From: Octopus sinensis
Lineage: Eukaryota
DNA length: 64,000 bases
Reading direction: 5' to 3'
Assembly: GCF_006345805.1 (NCBI RefSeq)
Contig: NC_042998.1
Span: 160,332,001 to 160,396,000 of the forward strand
The position numbers were made by a program, and so were the translations under genes. This document shows positions 1 through 12,877 of this stretch, piece by piece (within the stretch, counting starts at the first letter, position 1; every line of letters starts with the position of its first letter). A model generated the notes under the pieces. That model made no database searches. It worked only from the letters and a program-made list of their open reading frames with translations, and was not told the origin of the DNA.

Positions 1-240
1 CTTTCAATGCTGGTTTTTCCCTTTTTAAAACTTCATCTATTTGTGTATATTGCTTTTGTCAGTGCTGTTATCTCTGTAAACAACCTCTAGCCTTTTGTGG
101 ATACCTGCACTTCCTCTTTCATCAAGAACTCAATCACAGCATATTACTTTTGCTTGGAACCCCTTATTTGCCTGAAATGGAGAAGGGTTACAATAGAAGA
201 GCTACTTTTGCAATGTGTGCAGTTTTGAATAACCAATGAT
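1..240 (-). mobile_element. Decayed mariner-family transposase 5' fragment (HTH DNA-binding region), runs off the window edge
   Basis: Minus-strand translation with two frameshifts gives YAVIEFLMKE / AGIHKRLEVVYRDNSTDKSNIHK*MK / FKKGKTSIE, matching the N-terminal HTH pattern of mariner transposases. Confidence 0.55.
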
Positions 241-2169
241 GACTAATAAAAATAGTTATGGCCCACTTTTGTCTTACTTTTGGAACAAACATTGTTTGTA
301 TTTGTATATATATATATATATACTTAGGTATACACATGTAGACACAAACATTCACATAGTCTGGTGTTTTCTATTTCTTATTATTAGAAAGATGATGGAT
401 AAGCATTATCAGTATTAAGATTCTATTAAAAATATTTCAAAATACATTACATTTTCTTCATGACTTAAAACTGAAAATATTCTTGATTGTAGTACAATAT
501 TTTTGCCATTCAGATACTATGCTTCTGTCAACTATGTCCAGACTACATTGGTGTGTGAACAGCTACTGTGTTGGAGTTGTAGTTGATATAGACCTAGGTT
601 TTGTTGCTAACCTATGCAGTAAACTATCATTTATTTATTAATCAGTTATAGCAATTATCCAAAGGGGAAATGTTATCGCTTTTTATTGCAATAATGAAGC
701 AGCAGCCATGTGATAAAAGCGAAAAGATAAGCATAATTTTATAATGTGTGTGTGTGTGTGTTGTGTGTGTGTGTGTGTGTGTGTGTGTAAAGAAATACGA
801 TGGAGAAGATGTATTGTAAAATTCATGAGAAAGCAATTGAAAATTTACAATACATTTTGGAAGAAGATGCTTACAGTAATAAAATTAAAGAACAAAGACA
901 AAATTGATGGGAAAATAAAGCAACCAAAAGACAAAAGTCAATGGAAAAGTTTTATATTATTAAAACTTTCTATATCACTTCCGCCCCACTGTGTCTATCT
1001 GTCTGTCTCCCTCTTAATTTTTATCAACGTGACAGTGAAGGATAGGTAGTTAGCTGGTAGCAAGAGCAAAACCTTTTTGTAAATAAGTATTTAACTACAA
1101 CAAATTGTTTGGTTATTCTTTGATGTAAATAAATAAAAATAATGATAAGAGTAATAAAAATCAAGGATAAAAAATTGTTTTTAAAGAACAAAAACAAAAA
1201 ATTGCACACAAAAATATTTATTATCTCTCATAATATTTAATACCTGATGGTTATTAGTGAAGAAATAAACTGGAGCAGGTGATGGTATGTAGGTGGAGAG
1301 AGAGTGTTGTAAATAACTTTATGAAGACCTACAGGTAGAGGTTTATCTCAACTGGAAATAATGACTTTAGTATAGATAGAGAAAAAGTGTGAGTGTGTGT
1401 GGAAAATTGGTGAGAGGAAAGTGCATGATACCTTATGGTAAATGATTTAGTAAACTTTAGACTGCTTGGTGATGGTTGGATATTGATGGAGGAAGAAACT
1501 GAAAATTATTTGGAAAATAAGATATTTTTGCTCTGAATTTTATTCTCCACCACTTTCAATCTTTCTTATTTTATGTGGTTAATTAAATGTAGTAAATACT
1601 GAAGAAATATTAGTCATTGTTCTAAAGTAGAACATATTTCTATTTTTATTTTGTTGAATTTGTGTAAGTGCGTAAATATATACGTGTGTTTGTGTGTGTG
1701 TTTTGTTTGTTGTTTTTGAACCTCATGCCAACCCTGGTTGAGCTTCATTTTGATGAAAGGAGTTCTAGCCGTCACTTCCCTGCCCCTGACACAATGTGTC
1801 TAGTACTACATTATCCAAAGTGTCCTTCATTTTAAAAGTTAAGTACAGTGTGATTTCAAGGAAATTAAGTTGCTCTTCCCAGCTGGTCAAAAGAATTTGT
1901 TCCTTTGTGCATATACCATATGACAGGGATAGTGGACAGGGAAAGAAGGTGCATGTGTGTATGTGTATGTATGAGATTGAGATGCAGTAGAATCTTGTCA
2001 GTGACCAGGTTGCAATTGGTGCAACAAAAATTTTGACATCAAATAATAAGTGTTTAAGTGATGGTAACAGAATGGGTAATGTGCTAAAATGTACCTTTTA
2101 CTCTGTGTGTGAGTGAGTGTGTGTGTGTGTGAGAGAGGGAGTGTATGTGTGTGTATATATATATATATA

Positions 2170-2405
2170 TAGCAAGGGCATCCAGCTATAAAAACCATAC
2201 TAAGGCAGAGATTGCCAGTGCTGGTGGCACATAAAATGTCTTCAGTCCATCCTGTAAAGAGGTTGGTGTTAGGAAGGGCATCAATCCATAAAAACCATGT
2301 CAGAACAGACTGGAGCTTGGCATAGTCCTCTAGTTTACCAGCTCCTGTCAAACTGTCCAACCCATTTCAGCATCATTGAAGATAGATGTTAAATGATGAT
2401 GATGA
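2170..2405 (+). mobile_element. SINE/LINE-tail repeat ending in (GAT)n
   Basis: Motif aagggcatccagc..aaaaccat..gtcaaactgtccaaccca..gttaaatgatgatgat recurs at about 3146, 23620, 31545, 36745 and, inverted, at about 41880, 54360 and 62705. Confidence 0.65.
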
Positions 2406-2900
2406 TTGTCTGTCTGGCTATATCTATACACACACACACACACACACATACACCAATGCATAAAATTTTAATATATGAATTTTCATGAAATAGGTTCAAA
2501 TATGAAATTATCCAATATTTACTTCCATACAAGCATTTGGTTTAATATTTGGGATGAAAGCAAGTCTATGATATGTGTCCATAATGTAATAAGAGGAAGT
2601 GAATGTCAATGAAAAAAATTATAAATAAATGAAATAAAACATAGAATAAAAAGACAATATCTTGGAATTCTGTCAGTCCTCAACAAGTGAATAAATCAGC
2701 AAATCTTCTGAAACAGGATCAATACAGACTAAAATCAATTACTAAGTGAGGTTGTAGAATCAAAGACAACCAACCAATTTGAAAATAGATTGATTAATTT
2801 GAAGAGACTTTGTAATTTACAAAAAGAGTATGATATAAAATGTTTACATTTACAAAGTTTGCCTATCAGCCTTAAAAATGGTAGTGGATGAAAATCACTT

Positions 2901-2931
<31 letters not shown>

Positions 2932-3014
2932 GAGAGAGAAAAGGAGGGTGAAGGGTGGGTGAGTATATTTTGTGAATTTACAGAGAGAAAATCCTTTAGT
3001 TTTCTTGGTTATGA

Positions 3015-3125
3015 TGCAAGAAGCTTGTTTCCGAACCACCTTGGCCAAGTGTCTTTTATTGTAGCCCTAGGCTAACCAAAGCCTTGTGAGTGGATTTGGT
3101 AGGTAGAAACTGAAAGAAGCGTGTT
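3015..3125 (+). mobile_element. tRNA-derived SINE family 1, internally deleted
   Basis: Shares cttgg(g)caagtgtctt..accaaagccttgtgagtggatttggtag..aaactgaaagaagc with at least 12 other copies in the window. Confidence 0.65.
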
Positions 3126-3362
3126 GTGAATATATGTATGTATATAGGAAGGGCATCCAACTGTAGAAATCATACCTAATCAGATTGGAATCTGGTGCAG
3201 CCCCTCAGTTTACCAGCCCTGGTCAAACTGTCCTACCTATGCCAGCATGGACAACGGACATTAGATGATGATGTATAAGACAACAAAAGAATGAAAGAGA
3301 CCTCAATATTATGTAAATAGAGGAATTTATCTGTAAATGTAATATGTGACAATTATTCGGTA

Positions 3363-3432
3363 GCCATGATAAAACTCCAAGTTTCGGATGCCAAGGTGGA
3401 AATTCACACCGCCATCTCTTCAGTTATCCGGC
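3363..3432 (-). ncRNA. Type I hammerhead ribozyme motif, family A (left copy of inverted pair)
   Basis: Reverse complement reads GATAA-CTGAAGA-GATG..CATC-C-GAAAC-TTGGAGT-T-TTATC; mirror of 3461-3530. Confidence 0.55.
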
Positions 3433-3460
3433 CATCAGAAAAATGGCATTTTTTCTGATG

Positions 3461-3530
3461 GCCGGATAACTGAAGAGATGGCGGTGTGGATTTCCACCTC
3501 GGCATCCGAAACTTGGAGTTTTATCATGGC
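3461..3530 (+). ncRNA. Type I hammerhead ribozyme motif, family A (right copy)
   Basis: Stem I GATAA/TTATC, core CTGAAGA and GAAA, stem II GATG/CATC, stem III ACT/AGT; the position-17 base is T (non-canonical). Confidence 0.55.
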
Positions 3531-4001
3531 TACCGAATAATTGTCACATATTACATTTACAGATATATATATAAATATATATATATATGTGAAACCACAC
3601 ATGTCTCCTGTCTTTTTGGATTTTTAGCTTGATCAATTTTTAACCAAGTTTCTCTGTTGTATATCATTAAAACATATTATTGCGCAATAGAATTGCATAG
3701 TGATGAACTGTCTTAGATGATGATGTGTTAGCCCCAGCTGAACATTCCTTAAGCATATCTATGATCAAAAATATTCCAGCCATGGCCATCATTTTTTATT
3801 TTTATGAGTAGGACTATATTATCTCACATATCCATTTAAATGATAGGATGAAATTTTTGAAAGATTAGGTTGCTTCTCTATCAGGTTGAGTGATGTATCT
3901 TTCATCTATATTTCTCAGTGACTCTGAACTAAGGTAGTATGTGTGTGTGTGTGAGAGAGAGAGAGAGATCCCAAATTAGAGAATGGAGTAGATAAAATCC
4001 A

Positions 4002-4083
4002 GGCTATATGTTTCATAGCCAGCAGAACCTTGAAAGTAGTAATTATCTAAACGAGGGGTAATCTGCTAGCAAATCATCAGGCC
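4002..4083 (-). ncRNA. Hammerhead motif, family B, solo decayed copy
   Basis: Reverse complement GGC-CTGATGA-tttGCTAGCAGA..TCTGCTGGC-tat-GAAAC-ATATA-GCC; homologous to 23743-23825. Confidence 0.5.
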
Positions 4084-5169
4084 AAAGACACCTTAACCAA
4101 ATGAAGTTTACAGTGTTGTCAAGGGATCATATGTTAACTACACACACATGCACACATACACACACTGCAAGGCATCATTAATGCTGATGATATGAAAAGT
4201 TGGACTCAATACACTCAGCAAAGTGATTGGTGTTAGGAAAGGGATTCAGCCATAGTGACCATGAAGGACACTGAAGCAAGGTATCAGCCTTTGATCCATT
4301 GGATCCTCTCAAAATATCCAACCTATACCACATCTCATATTAGTATTTGTTCTTATTTTATTTTCAGACCACAAGGTTTTTAATATGGTAAATAATGGAA
4401 GGGAGACATTTGATATCCTAAAGATTTTCCTTGTAGTGCAGAACTTTTGGCTATCAGCAGACTAAGTTGTAGCCATCCTCAAAAACTGTTGTCTTGAATT
4501 TTCTTAAAGAGTTTCAGGATAACTATCAATGATTATTAAAATTGCTTTACAAGATGTATTTTTCCTGATTCCCTGTGTCAACCTGCTACCGGCCTATAGA
4601 GATTGGCTCTTTACTTTAAGATGGTATCAATTCCCTATCAGACCTGCATTTGATTTTCATGTGCCCTCATCTTCTACCCTCACAGCTCATACATGTTGTT
4701 GTGGGCATCACTGAAGCAAACAATATGTTAAGTGCTGACATTGTGATGATTTCCACTTAACAACTGGATACGGAATCAGCTTTGTGCATGCCTGTTTATG
4801 CTGCTTTTCATTTTTCTTGTAAATTTCTTTTGGTTGTTTCCCTACTAGATGATTTCAGGTTCACATCCAATGTGTGGCAGCATTGTATGTATGTGAGTGT
4901 AGTTTTCATGACACATTGTCTCATATATATATATATATATAATGTTTTGAATATTTTATTTTTAAAGTCAAAACAATTCAAGTTAAAAATTAAAAATACA
5001 TGTTGATGATTAATACTGTTTCTTAGTGTTTCAGTATTTCAGAGTTAGGACCCCCTCTCAACCCACCCATATTTAGAAAAAATAACTACCTTTTTAGCTT
5101 TAAAACCCACAAGCATGCACACACACAAACACACACACCTGTGCACACACACACACGCACACACATGTG

Positions 5170-5330
5170 TAGGCATAGTTATGACTATGTAATAATAAAG
5201 TTTGCTTCCCAACAACATGCTTTAGATTTCAGTCCCACTGCGTAGCAATTTGTGTGTCTTCTTCTATAACCCAAGGTTGACCAAAGCCTTGTAATTCATT
5301 TTGGTTGTTAGAAACTGAAAGAAACTGTGT
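5170..5330 (+). mobile_element. tRNA-derived SINE family 1
   Basis: Head with gcttcccaac..cagtcccactgcg (B-box-like) and the family-1 body. Confidence 0.65.
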
Positions 5331-5384
5331 GTGCGTGTGTGTACATCTGTGTGACTCCGTACGCATGTGTGCACACACATATCT

Positions 5385-5386
5385 AA

Positions 5387-5457
<71 letters not shown>

Positions 5458-5662
5458 TATCCACACATGCATCTATATATCAATACATGTATGCACACAC
5501 ACATATAGATGTACTCAAAGTGCTTACATGCATATGTTTTATATACGTATAAATGCATATGCATATATATATGTGTGCATGTGTGAATATATATTCTATA
5601 TATATATAATATTATATACATACATCTATTATATATATATATTATATACATACATCTATTAT

Positions 5663-5696
<34 letters not shown>

Positions 5697-5751
5697 ATAT
5701 TATATCTACATCTATTATATATCGATATTATATACATACATCTATTATTAT

Positions 5752-5803
<52 letters not shown>

Positions 5804-5865
5804 TATAGTATATACATACATCTATTATATATTTATATATTATATACATACATCTATTAAGATAT
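5385..5865. repeat. (TCTA)n, (TA)n and atacatacatctattatatat tandem units
   Basis: Directly visible tandem arrays. Confidence 0.9.
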
Positions 5866-6301
5866 GGACTTCTCTAAGCTCAGACTGGAGCCTTGTTTAC
5901 AATATCTTCAACGTGAAATCTTCTGGAAAGTCTTTATGTTCCAAGGTGGTCACATTAAACTATTTGAGGCATTTTGACATAATCAATTTAAAAAATTATT
6001 TTGTAACTATACCTCCTTTAATGTAGTGTTGCCTTTTTGATAATATTAATTTTATGATATCTTCAACAAGGAACACTGGGAAAATGGAAAAAAAAAAACA
6101 CTGAGAATATCTGAGTGGAATTCACCCATGACACACATGGGATCTTTTATTAGGCAAGCCATTGTAAATGGTAATCTTATTGAAATATAAACTAGTGTCA
6201 AGCCAGTTATGTATGTGTAAAAACTCTAATTGCTGGAAAGTATATGTCGTATTTTAAATGAAGACATTTCTTGTAGAAAATGATAGAGAAAATTAAACTA
6301 T

Positions 6302-6670
6302 AGGTGCAGGTGTGGTTGTGGTAAGAAGCTTGTTTCCCAACCACATGGTTCTGGGTTCAGTCCCACTGTGTGACACCTCAGGTAAGTGTCTTCTACTATA
6401 AAGTCTTGGGCCAACCAAAGTTTTGGGGGTGGATTTGGAATGCAGAAACTGAAAGAAACCTCTTCTGCGTGGCTTTGTGTATGTGTTCCCCCCCCACGCT
6501 TGACAACTATTGTTGGTGTGTTTATGTCCCTGTAACTTAGCAGTTCAGCAAAAGAAACTGATAGAATAAGTACCAAACTTTATAAAAAAAAAAAATTATG
6601 AATACTGGTGTCAATAAGTTCAACTAAAATTCTTCAGGTCTAATGACTGAAACAAGTAAAAGATAAAGGA
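6302..6670 (+). mobile_element. tRNA-derived SINE family 1, near full length
   Basis: gcaggtgtggttgtggtaagaagcttg..gggttcagtcccactg head; tail with taacttagcagttcagcaaaagaaactgatagaataagtacc. Confidence 0.8.
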
Positions 6671-6752
6671 TATAGTGAAAATAAAGGTGGCTATTCCTAG
6701 TCTAATAACTGTTATTCGTAAAAGAATAAACATATGCAGGTGGGGATTTATG

Positions 6753-6924
6753 GGGGCAAGTGTGGCTTTGTGGTAACAAGTTTGCTTCCAACTACAAGGT
6801 TCTGGGTTCAGTCCCACTGTGTGGAATCTTGGGCAAATGTCTTTTACTATAGCCTTGGGCCGACCGATTTGGTAGATGGAAAATCAAAGAAGCCCACTGT
6901 ATGTGCGCTTGTGTGTATGTGCGC

Positions 6925-6999
<75 letters not shown>

Positions 7000-7200
7000 C
7001 GTGAGTTTTTGTGTGTGTGTTTGTGTGTCCGTGTCCTACCAGCACTTGATGTCTTCCCTGTAACTTAGTGGTTCGGCAAAAAAGATATAATAAGTGCCAT
7101 GCTTAAAGGATAAGTACTGGCATTGATTTGTTTGACTAAAATGCTTCAAGGTAATACTCCAGTGTGGCCGCAGTCCAGTGACTGAAACAAGTGATATAAA
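6753..7200 (+). mobile_element. tRNA-derived SINE family 1 with internal (GT)n
   Basis: Same head and tail as 6302-6670, with a long (GT)n in the middle. Confidence 0.8.
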
Positions 7201-7894
7201 GATACGTTTAAATATATGGTTCATGTTAATAGTTTTAAAAATATATTAAAGAAATGATAGGCAATATTTTGTGAATGGATTATTATTGGGACTTCTTTTA
7301 AATCAGCTCCATTTCAAGTTGCTATTAAAAACTTAATTACATACAAAATAATTTGTTTCAAAATCATTTTATTGCTGGAAATTATCAAATTTAGTCGAAG
7401 CATTCATCTGCAGCAAATTTCTACATAGAGTTAGCATTATCTCCCCTTGACTGTAAAGCACAGTCACTGAACTGTCTGCTAGAGCCAGTTGCCTTTACGT
7501 ACATATATATTAACCAATATGTACAGAAATAGGTTTAGGATGTGCGTGCGTGTGTGTTTATCAATTTCAGTTTTGAAATTTGATATATTTAAATTGAAGT
7601 TTTATTTGTAGCCTCTGTATAATTGAAACTTGTGTATATTTTATATTTATCACTATCAAATATTTCAAGCAGACGGGAAACAATAATAAAAATGATAAAT
7701 AATAATAATAATAATAACTATTATGCATTTATAGTCTCTGTAGTACTTTATGTGTGTAAATGCAAACATACACACACAACTATATATGTGTTTGTATAAA
7801 TATATATATTTATGTGTGTGTGTTTATAAATACTTTACATATGCACAACACTGATTAAAAGCACATGCCTGACAAGTACACCTCCAAAATTTAC

Positions 7895-8002
7895 ATATGT
7901 ACGTATATATATATATGTATATGTATGTTATAATATATATATATATATGTATGTATATATATATATATATATAGGTATATATATATATGTATATATATTA
8001 TG

Positions 8003-8035
<33 letters not shown>

Positions 8036-8104
8036 GTATATGTATATATATCTATATATGTATATATATATATGTATATATATATATGTATATATATTAT
8101 ATTG

Positions 8105-8144
<40 letters not shown>

Positions 8145-8152
8145 GTATGTAT

Positions 8153-8183
<31 letters not shown>

Positions 8184-8428
8184 TGTATATATAGATATGT
8201 AGGTATATATGTAATGTATGTATATATATATATGTATGTATATATATATATGTATGTATATATATATGTATGTATATATATATATGTATGTATATATATA
8301 TATGTATGTATTATATATATGTATGTATATATATATGTAATATATATATGTATATATATATAGTATGTATATATGTATAATATATATATGTATATGTATA
8401 TATATATATATGTATATATTATATATAG

Positions 8429-8495
<67 letters not shown>

Positions 8496-8790
8496 GATAT
8501 ATATATATATGTATATATATATATGTATATATAATATATATATGTATATATATATATATATATGTATATATATGTATGTATATATATATATGTATATATA
8601 TATATGTATATATGTATATCTTATGTATATATATATATGTATATATGTATATATATATATATATAATATGTATATATATTATATATATATATATATGTAT
8701 AATTATATATGTATATATATATATGTATATATGGTAATATATATATATATCTATATATATATTACGTTTATATATTTGTTGTGCAAGATT
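7895..8790. repeat. Long compound (TA)n/(TATG)n microsatellite
   Basis: About 900 bp of TA/TATG units; source of the YI-repeat ORFs. Confidence 0.95.
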
Positions 8791-8804
8791 TTTTATATAT
8801 ATAT

Positions 8805-9090
8805 ACTTTTATTCTCGTATTCTTTTACTTGTTTCTGTCATTTGACTACAGCCATGCTGGAGCACCACCTTGGGGTGTTTTTTTAGTTGAACAAATCGAC
8901 CCCAGGACTTATTTTTTATGTCTAGTACTTATTCTATTGGTTTCTTTTGCCGAACCACTAAGTTACAGGGACATAATCACACAAACACTGATTATCAAGT
9001 GCTGATGAGGGGACAAGCACAGACACTAAGATACACGTGCGCGTGCACACACACATGCAACGGCCTTCTTTCAGTTTCCATCTACCAGTC
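8805..9090 (-). mobile_element. SINE family 1 (3' part)
   Basis: Reverse complement of the family-1 tail and body. Confidence 0.7.
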
Positions 9091-9350
9091 AGATTGCTAA
9101 CGTTTGTTGTGCACTCTACTGTCATTATTTGATTGCTGTTACTCTGTGTGTCTGTGTGCAAAGATCAGTTGTGTTTTGCAGGGTTGCTGTATTTTTACCC
9201 TTAATTTAGAAATGGAAAAAGACATAGTGCTAAACATAAAAAAGAAGCCATTTGGGGCTAGAAATAAAGTGGAAAAAGGAGAAATTATTTGAGCAGTGTC
9301 TTATGCGAAATCTGTGATGGGCCCGAGTGACACTGATGACTGGGAGTCAC

Positions 9351-9398
<48 letters not shown>

Positions 9399-9418
9399 TA
9401 TATACACATATATATATT

Positions 9419-9463
<45 letters not shown>

Positions 9464-9464
9464 C

Positions 9465-9719
9465 TTTTATTTGTTTCAGTTATTATACCATATTCAAGCA
9501 CCACCTTGAAGAATTTTTAGTTGAATGAATCAGCCCCGGTACTGGTACTTATTCTATTGATCTCTTTTGCCAAACAACTAAGCTACAGGGTTGTAAACAC
9601 ACCAACAGTTGTCAGGTGGTGGCGGGGGACAAACACAGACACAAAGACACACATTCAGACATGTATGTATGTGTATTTCTGTGTGTGTGTGTATGTGTGA
9701 ACATGTGCATGTTTATATT

Positions 9720-9754
<35 letters not shown>

Positions 9755-9860
9755 ATGTATGTATGTATGTATGATGGGCATCTCTCAGTTTCCAATTACC
9801 AAATCTACTCACAAAGATTTGGTTGTTCTGAAGCTGTAGTAGAAAACGCTATCCCAAGGT
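9465..9860 (-). mobile_element. SINE family 1
   Basis: Reverse complement of the family-1 tail and body with an internal microsatellite. Confidence 0.7.
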
Positions 9861-10074
9861 ACCATGCTTATATATGTGTATATATGTGTATATATGTATA
9901 TATGTATGTATATATATGTATATATATATGTATATGTATGTATATATGTATATATGTATGTATATATGTATATATGTGTGTGTATATATATGTATATATA
10001 TATGTGTGTACATATATAAATATATGTATATATATGTGTGTACATATATATCTATGTATATATATATATATATA

Positions 10075-10530
10075 TATACATGTAAAATCTATGTCCATAG
10101 ATGGGTAGAGTGAAATCACATCCATACTACCCACTACACAACCTCGTTGGAGTGGTTGCAAGTACTGATTTTACTGAGGAGATCTTTTGTGCTCACACAG
10201 ACATCTGGAGACATCTCTATGAGAGGTTGCAAATACCTATGAGAGGAAGTAGGACAGTCTATAGTTGCTGGAGATATCTACTCTGCAAACTGGTCTGTTT
10301 GGGGGCCCCGTGACAGGGTTTATGTAGGGTTTGTGGTCTTTGCGTAGCCTGTATAGTGTAGGAACATCTTTGTTGGATGCTTGGAAATTGTATGCTGTCC
10401 TCTTGATAGGTTGGAGTATGTTGCACCACATTCCCATGTGTGCATTTGAGGAGTTTTTTCCACTCTTTCATGTTCCTGTGGTGGAACTTCTCTCATGCTG
10501 CTGGTCTAGACATAGTTCTGTTCTGAACAT
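10075..10530 (-). mobile_element. Penelope-like element RT fragment (N-terminal RT motifs)
   Basis: Frameshifted PTLYRLRKDHK..GPPNRPVC..LSYFLS, CVSTKDLLSKI and VVGSMDVISLYPSMD are PLE RT signatures. Confidence 0.8.
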
Positions 10531-10611
10531 ATATATATAAATAAAAATAAGTACATAAATGTGAAACAAGGTGGGTAAAAATAGTACTTGAATATCGGAG
10601 GTAGAGTAATA

Positions 10612-10808
10612 TACTTTATAGTTATTAAAGCTACAAAAACCACAAAAATATCACAAAAAAACTTCTACTCAGAGTTTCATGTCCCCGTTTATCGGACAGT
10701 TTAAATTCTCAGCCTAAACTGTCTGATGAATGAGAATGTGAAACTCTGAGCAGCAGTCTTGTGTGATATTTTTGTGGCTCTTGCATCTTTAATAATAATA
10801 AAGTATAT
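10612..10808. ncRNA. Inverted pair of decayed hammerhead motifs, family C
   Basis: Arms of about 90 bp. Right arm ACTGT-CTGATGA-..-GAAAC-TCTGAG-CA-GCAGT; the left arm, read on the minus strand, retains the GTA triplet. Confidence 0.5.
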
Positions 10809-11259
10809 CCATCCATCCATCTTCATATTGATGTGTGTGTGTGTGCATGTATCTGGGAGTGAATGTTGATGCTGCATATCTTCAGTAACACCATTTGAGC
10901 TAAGGGAATAACTTTCTTTGTGTTATCTAGCAAACAAAATTCATATAGTTCTGTTGGCTTTGACACGTGAGGATCACTTGATTGAATAGATGCTTTAGTT
11001 ATAAAACAAATTAGGGATTTGTAAGGAGAACATTTGGTTATAGAAAATCTACCACTTGAAGTCTTGCTAAACCCATATTATGGGATAAAAAGTACACAAA
11101 GTTTGATGCTGCTGGCACTGGGGATGATGATGTGTACTGACCCATACACAAATGTGTGCATGCATACATATATATATACAGACATTCTCACATGTATAGG
11201 CTTGTGTGTATTAGAATTTTTTACTATGCATGAGGGCATGTACATATATATGCCTTATC

Positions 11260-11300
<41 letters not shown>

Positions 11301-11342
11301 ATGTGTGTGTGTGTGTCTACACACGTGTATATATATATATCT

Positions 11343-11522
11343 TGGTTTGAAATTTTAGCACAAGACCAGCAATTTTGGGAGAGGGGGCTAGTCGATTACC
11401 TGGACCCCAGTGTTCAACTGGTACTTATTTTATTGACACTTATAAGATGAAAGGCAAAGTCAACCTCAGTGGAATTTGAACTCACAATATGAAGATGTGC
11501 TACAGGTTCTGCCAGCTTGCCT
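11343..11522 (-). mobile_element. tRNA-derived SINE family 2
   Basis: Reverse complement of gcaagctggcagaa..gagttcaaattccac..gttgactttgcctttcatc..aagtaccagttgaacactgggg. Confidence 0.7.
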
Positions 11523-11624
11523 TATAATATATATACATATACAGATATACATACATATAGACACATACACGGATACACACATACATATACATATATATAC
11601 ATACATACATACATACAAACATAT

Positions 11625-11830
11625 ATAGAGAGATAGATAGATAAAGATAGTTATGGCCAGTCTGTGGGGTTTCATGTCCATAAGCGCTTAACTTTACAGC
11701 GTTTCTTCAGAACCTAAACCTGTAGGCCAACAGGTTTAGGGTCTGAAGAAACGCTGTAAAGCTAAGCGCTTTATGGATGTGAAACCCAACATAACCTCAT
11801 AGACTGGCCATATCTATCTTTATCTATATA
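11625..11830. repeat. Imperfect palindrome with hammerhead-like cores, family D
   Basis: Arms of about 100 bp around aggcca; CTGAAGA (11743) and GAAAC (11781) flank a hairpin, but stem III is decayed. Confidence 0.45.
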
Positions 11831-11854
11831 CCCTGCTGCTCTATAACTTAGTGT

Positions 11855-11931
11855 GTGCTTCTTTTTCGGATGTATGATTTACTGCTGATATATATATGTG
11901 TGTGTGTGTGTGTGGTGTGTGTGTGTGTGTG

Positions 11932-11964
<33 letters not shown>

Positions 11965-12078
11965 TGCGTGCATGCGTGTGTGTGTGCGTGTGTGTATATA
12001 TATATGTGTGTGTGTGTGTGTATATATATGTGTGTGTGTGTGTGTGCGTGTGTGTATATATATGTGTGTGTATGTATG

Positions 12079-12118
<40 letters not shown>

Positions 12119-12135
12119 GTATATATATGTATATA
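11855..12135. repeat. (GT)n/(TA)n compound microsatellite
   Basis: Directly visible. Confidence 0.9.
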
Positions 12136-12295
12136 ATTTTTATTAATATTTAGTAGAAGCAATAGAGTGACTCAAGGTCCAAAAGTTTTGTATGTTGGAT
12201 CTTATCAAACACATTAAACTTGTGTTAAATGTTAATAAAATTATTCATATACTCATACTTTGAGTTCTATTTTTCCTATTTCCATCTCCACACCT
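12135..12295 (+). repeat. Unclassified dispersed repeat (family F); further copies at 12620-12735 (+) and 16780-16900 (-)
   Basis: Shared ttttattaatatttagtagaagcaa.agagtgactc..gttggatcttatcaaa..gttaaat..taataaaattat.catatactc. Confidence 0.65.
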
Positions 12296-12305
12296 GTAGT
12301 ATGTA

Positions 12306-12355
<50 letters not shown>

Positions 12356-12392
12356 ATATATATATATGCATATATACATGTGTGTGTGTGTG

Positions 12393-12446
<54 letters not shown>

Positions 12447-12877
12447 CTGCACATATTTGTATATATTTGTAAAGGTGTGTATAAACATAGATATGTCTAT
12501 AATATATATGTAGATGTAATGTATGTGTACACGTTTACAAGTTTACTCCCATATTTACAATCACATACACACACACACACTCCTATTCATACAGATATAT
12601 AATATATATGTATGTATATTATTTTCATTAATATTTAGTAGAAGCAACAGAGTGACTCGAGTTTTGTGTGTTGGATCTTATCAAATGCATGAAACCTCTG
12701 TTAAATAGTAATAAAATTATACATATACTCATAAGCACATGCACACATACACATATTCACACAGATATATATTATAGACATATCTCTATGTATATGCATA
12801 CATATGCAAATATATACATATATATACACACACACATACACATACACACAAGCACACACAAAAATATATATAACTGG

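Noticed and set aside
4520-4900. Possible exon or Gypsy integrase-like LIIIDSYPE on the minus strand
   Set aside because: Only one short motif, with no continuous frame or other integrase residues.
6302-6375. tRNA-like A/B boxes at SINE heads as tRNA genes
   Set aside because: They continue into SINE bodies, occur in many diverged copies, and lack a complete cloverleaf.
7947-8886. Long YI/VC/HT-repeat ORFs here and at about 11.9k, 38.9k, 55k, 58k and 60k
   Set aside because: They are translations of (TA)n, (GT)n and (TATG)n microsatellites, which lack stop codons in some frames.
12660-12705. CTTATCA..GAAAC motif in family F as a hammerhead
   Set aside because: Both plus-strand copies share two core mismatches (CTTATCA) and there is no convincing stem I.
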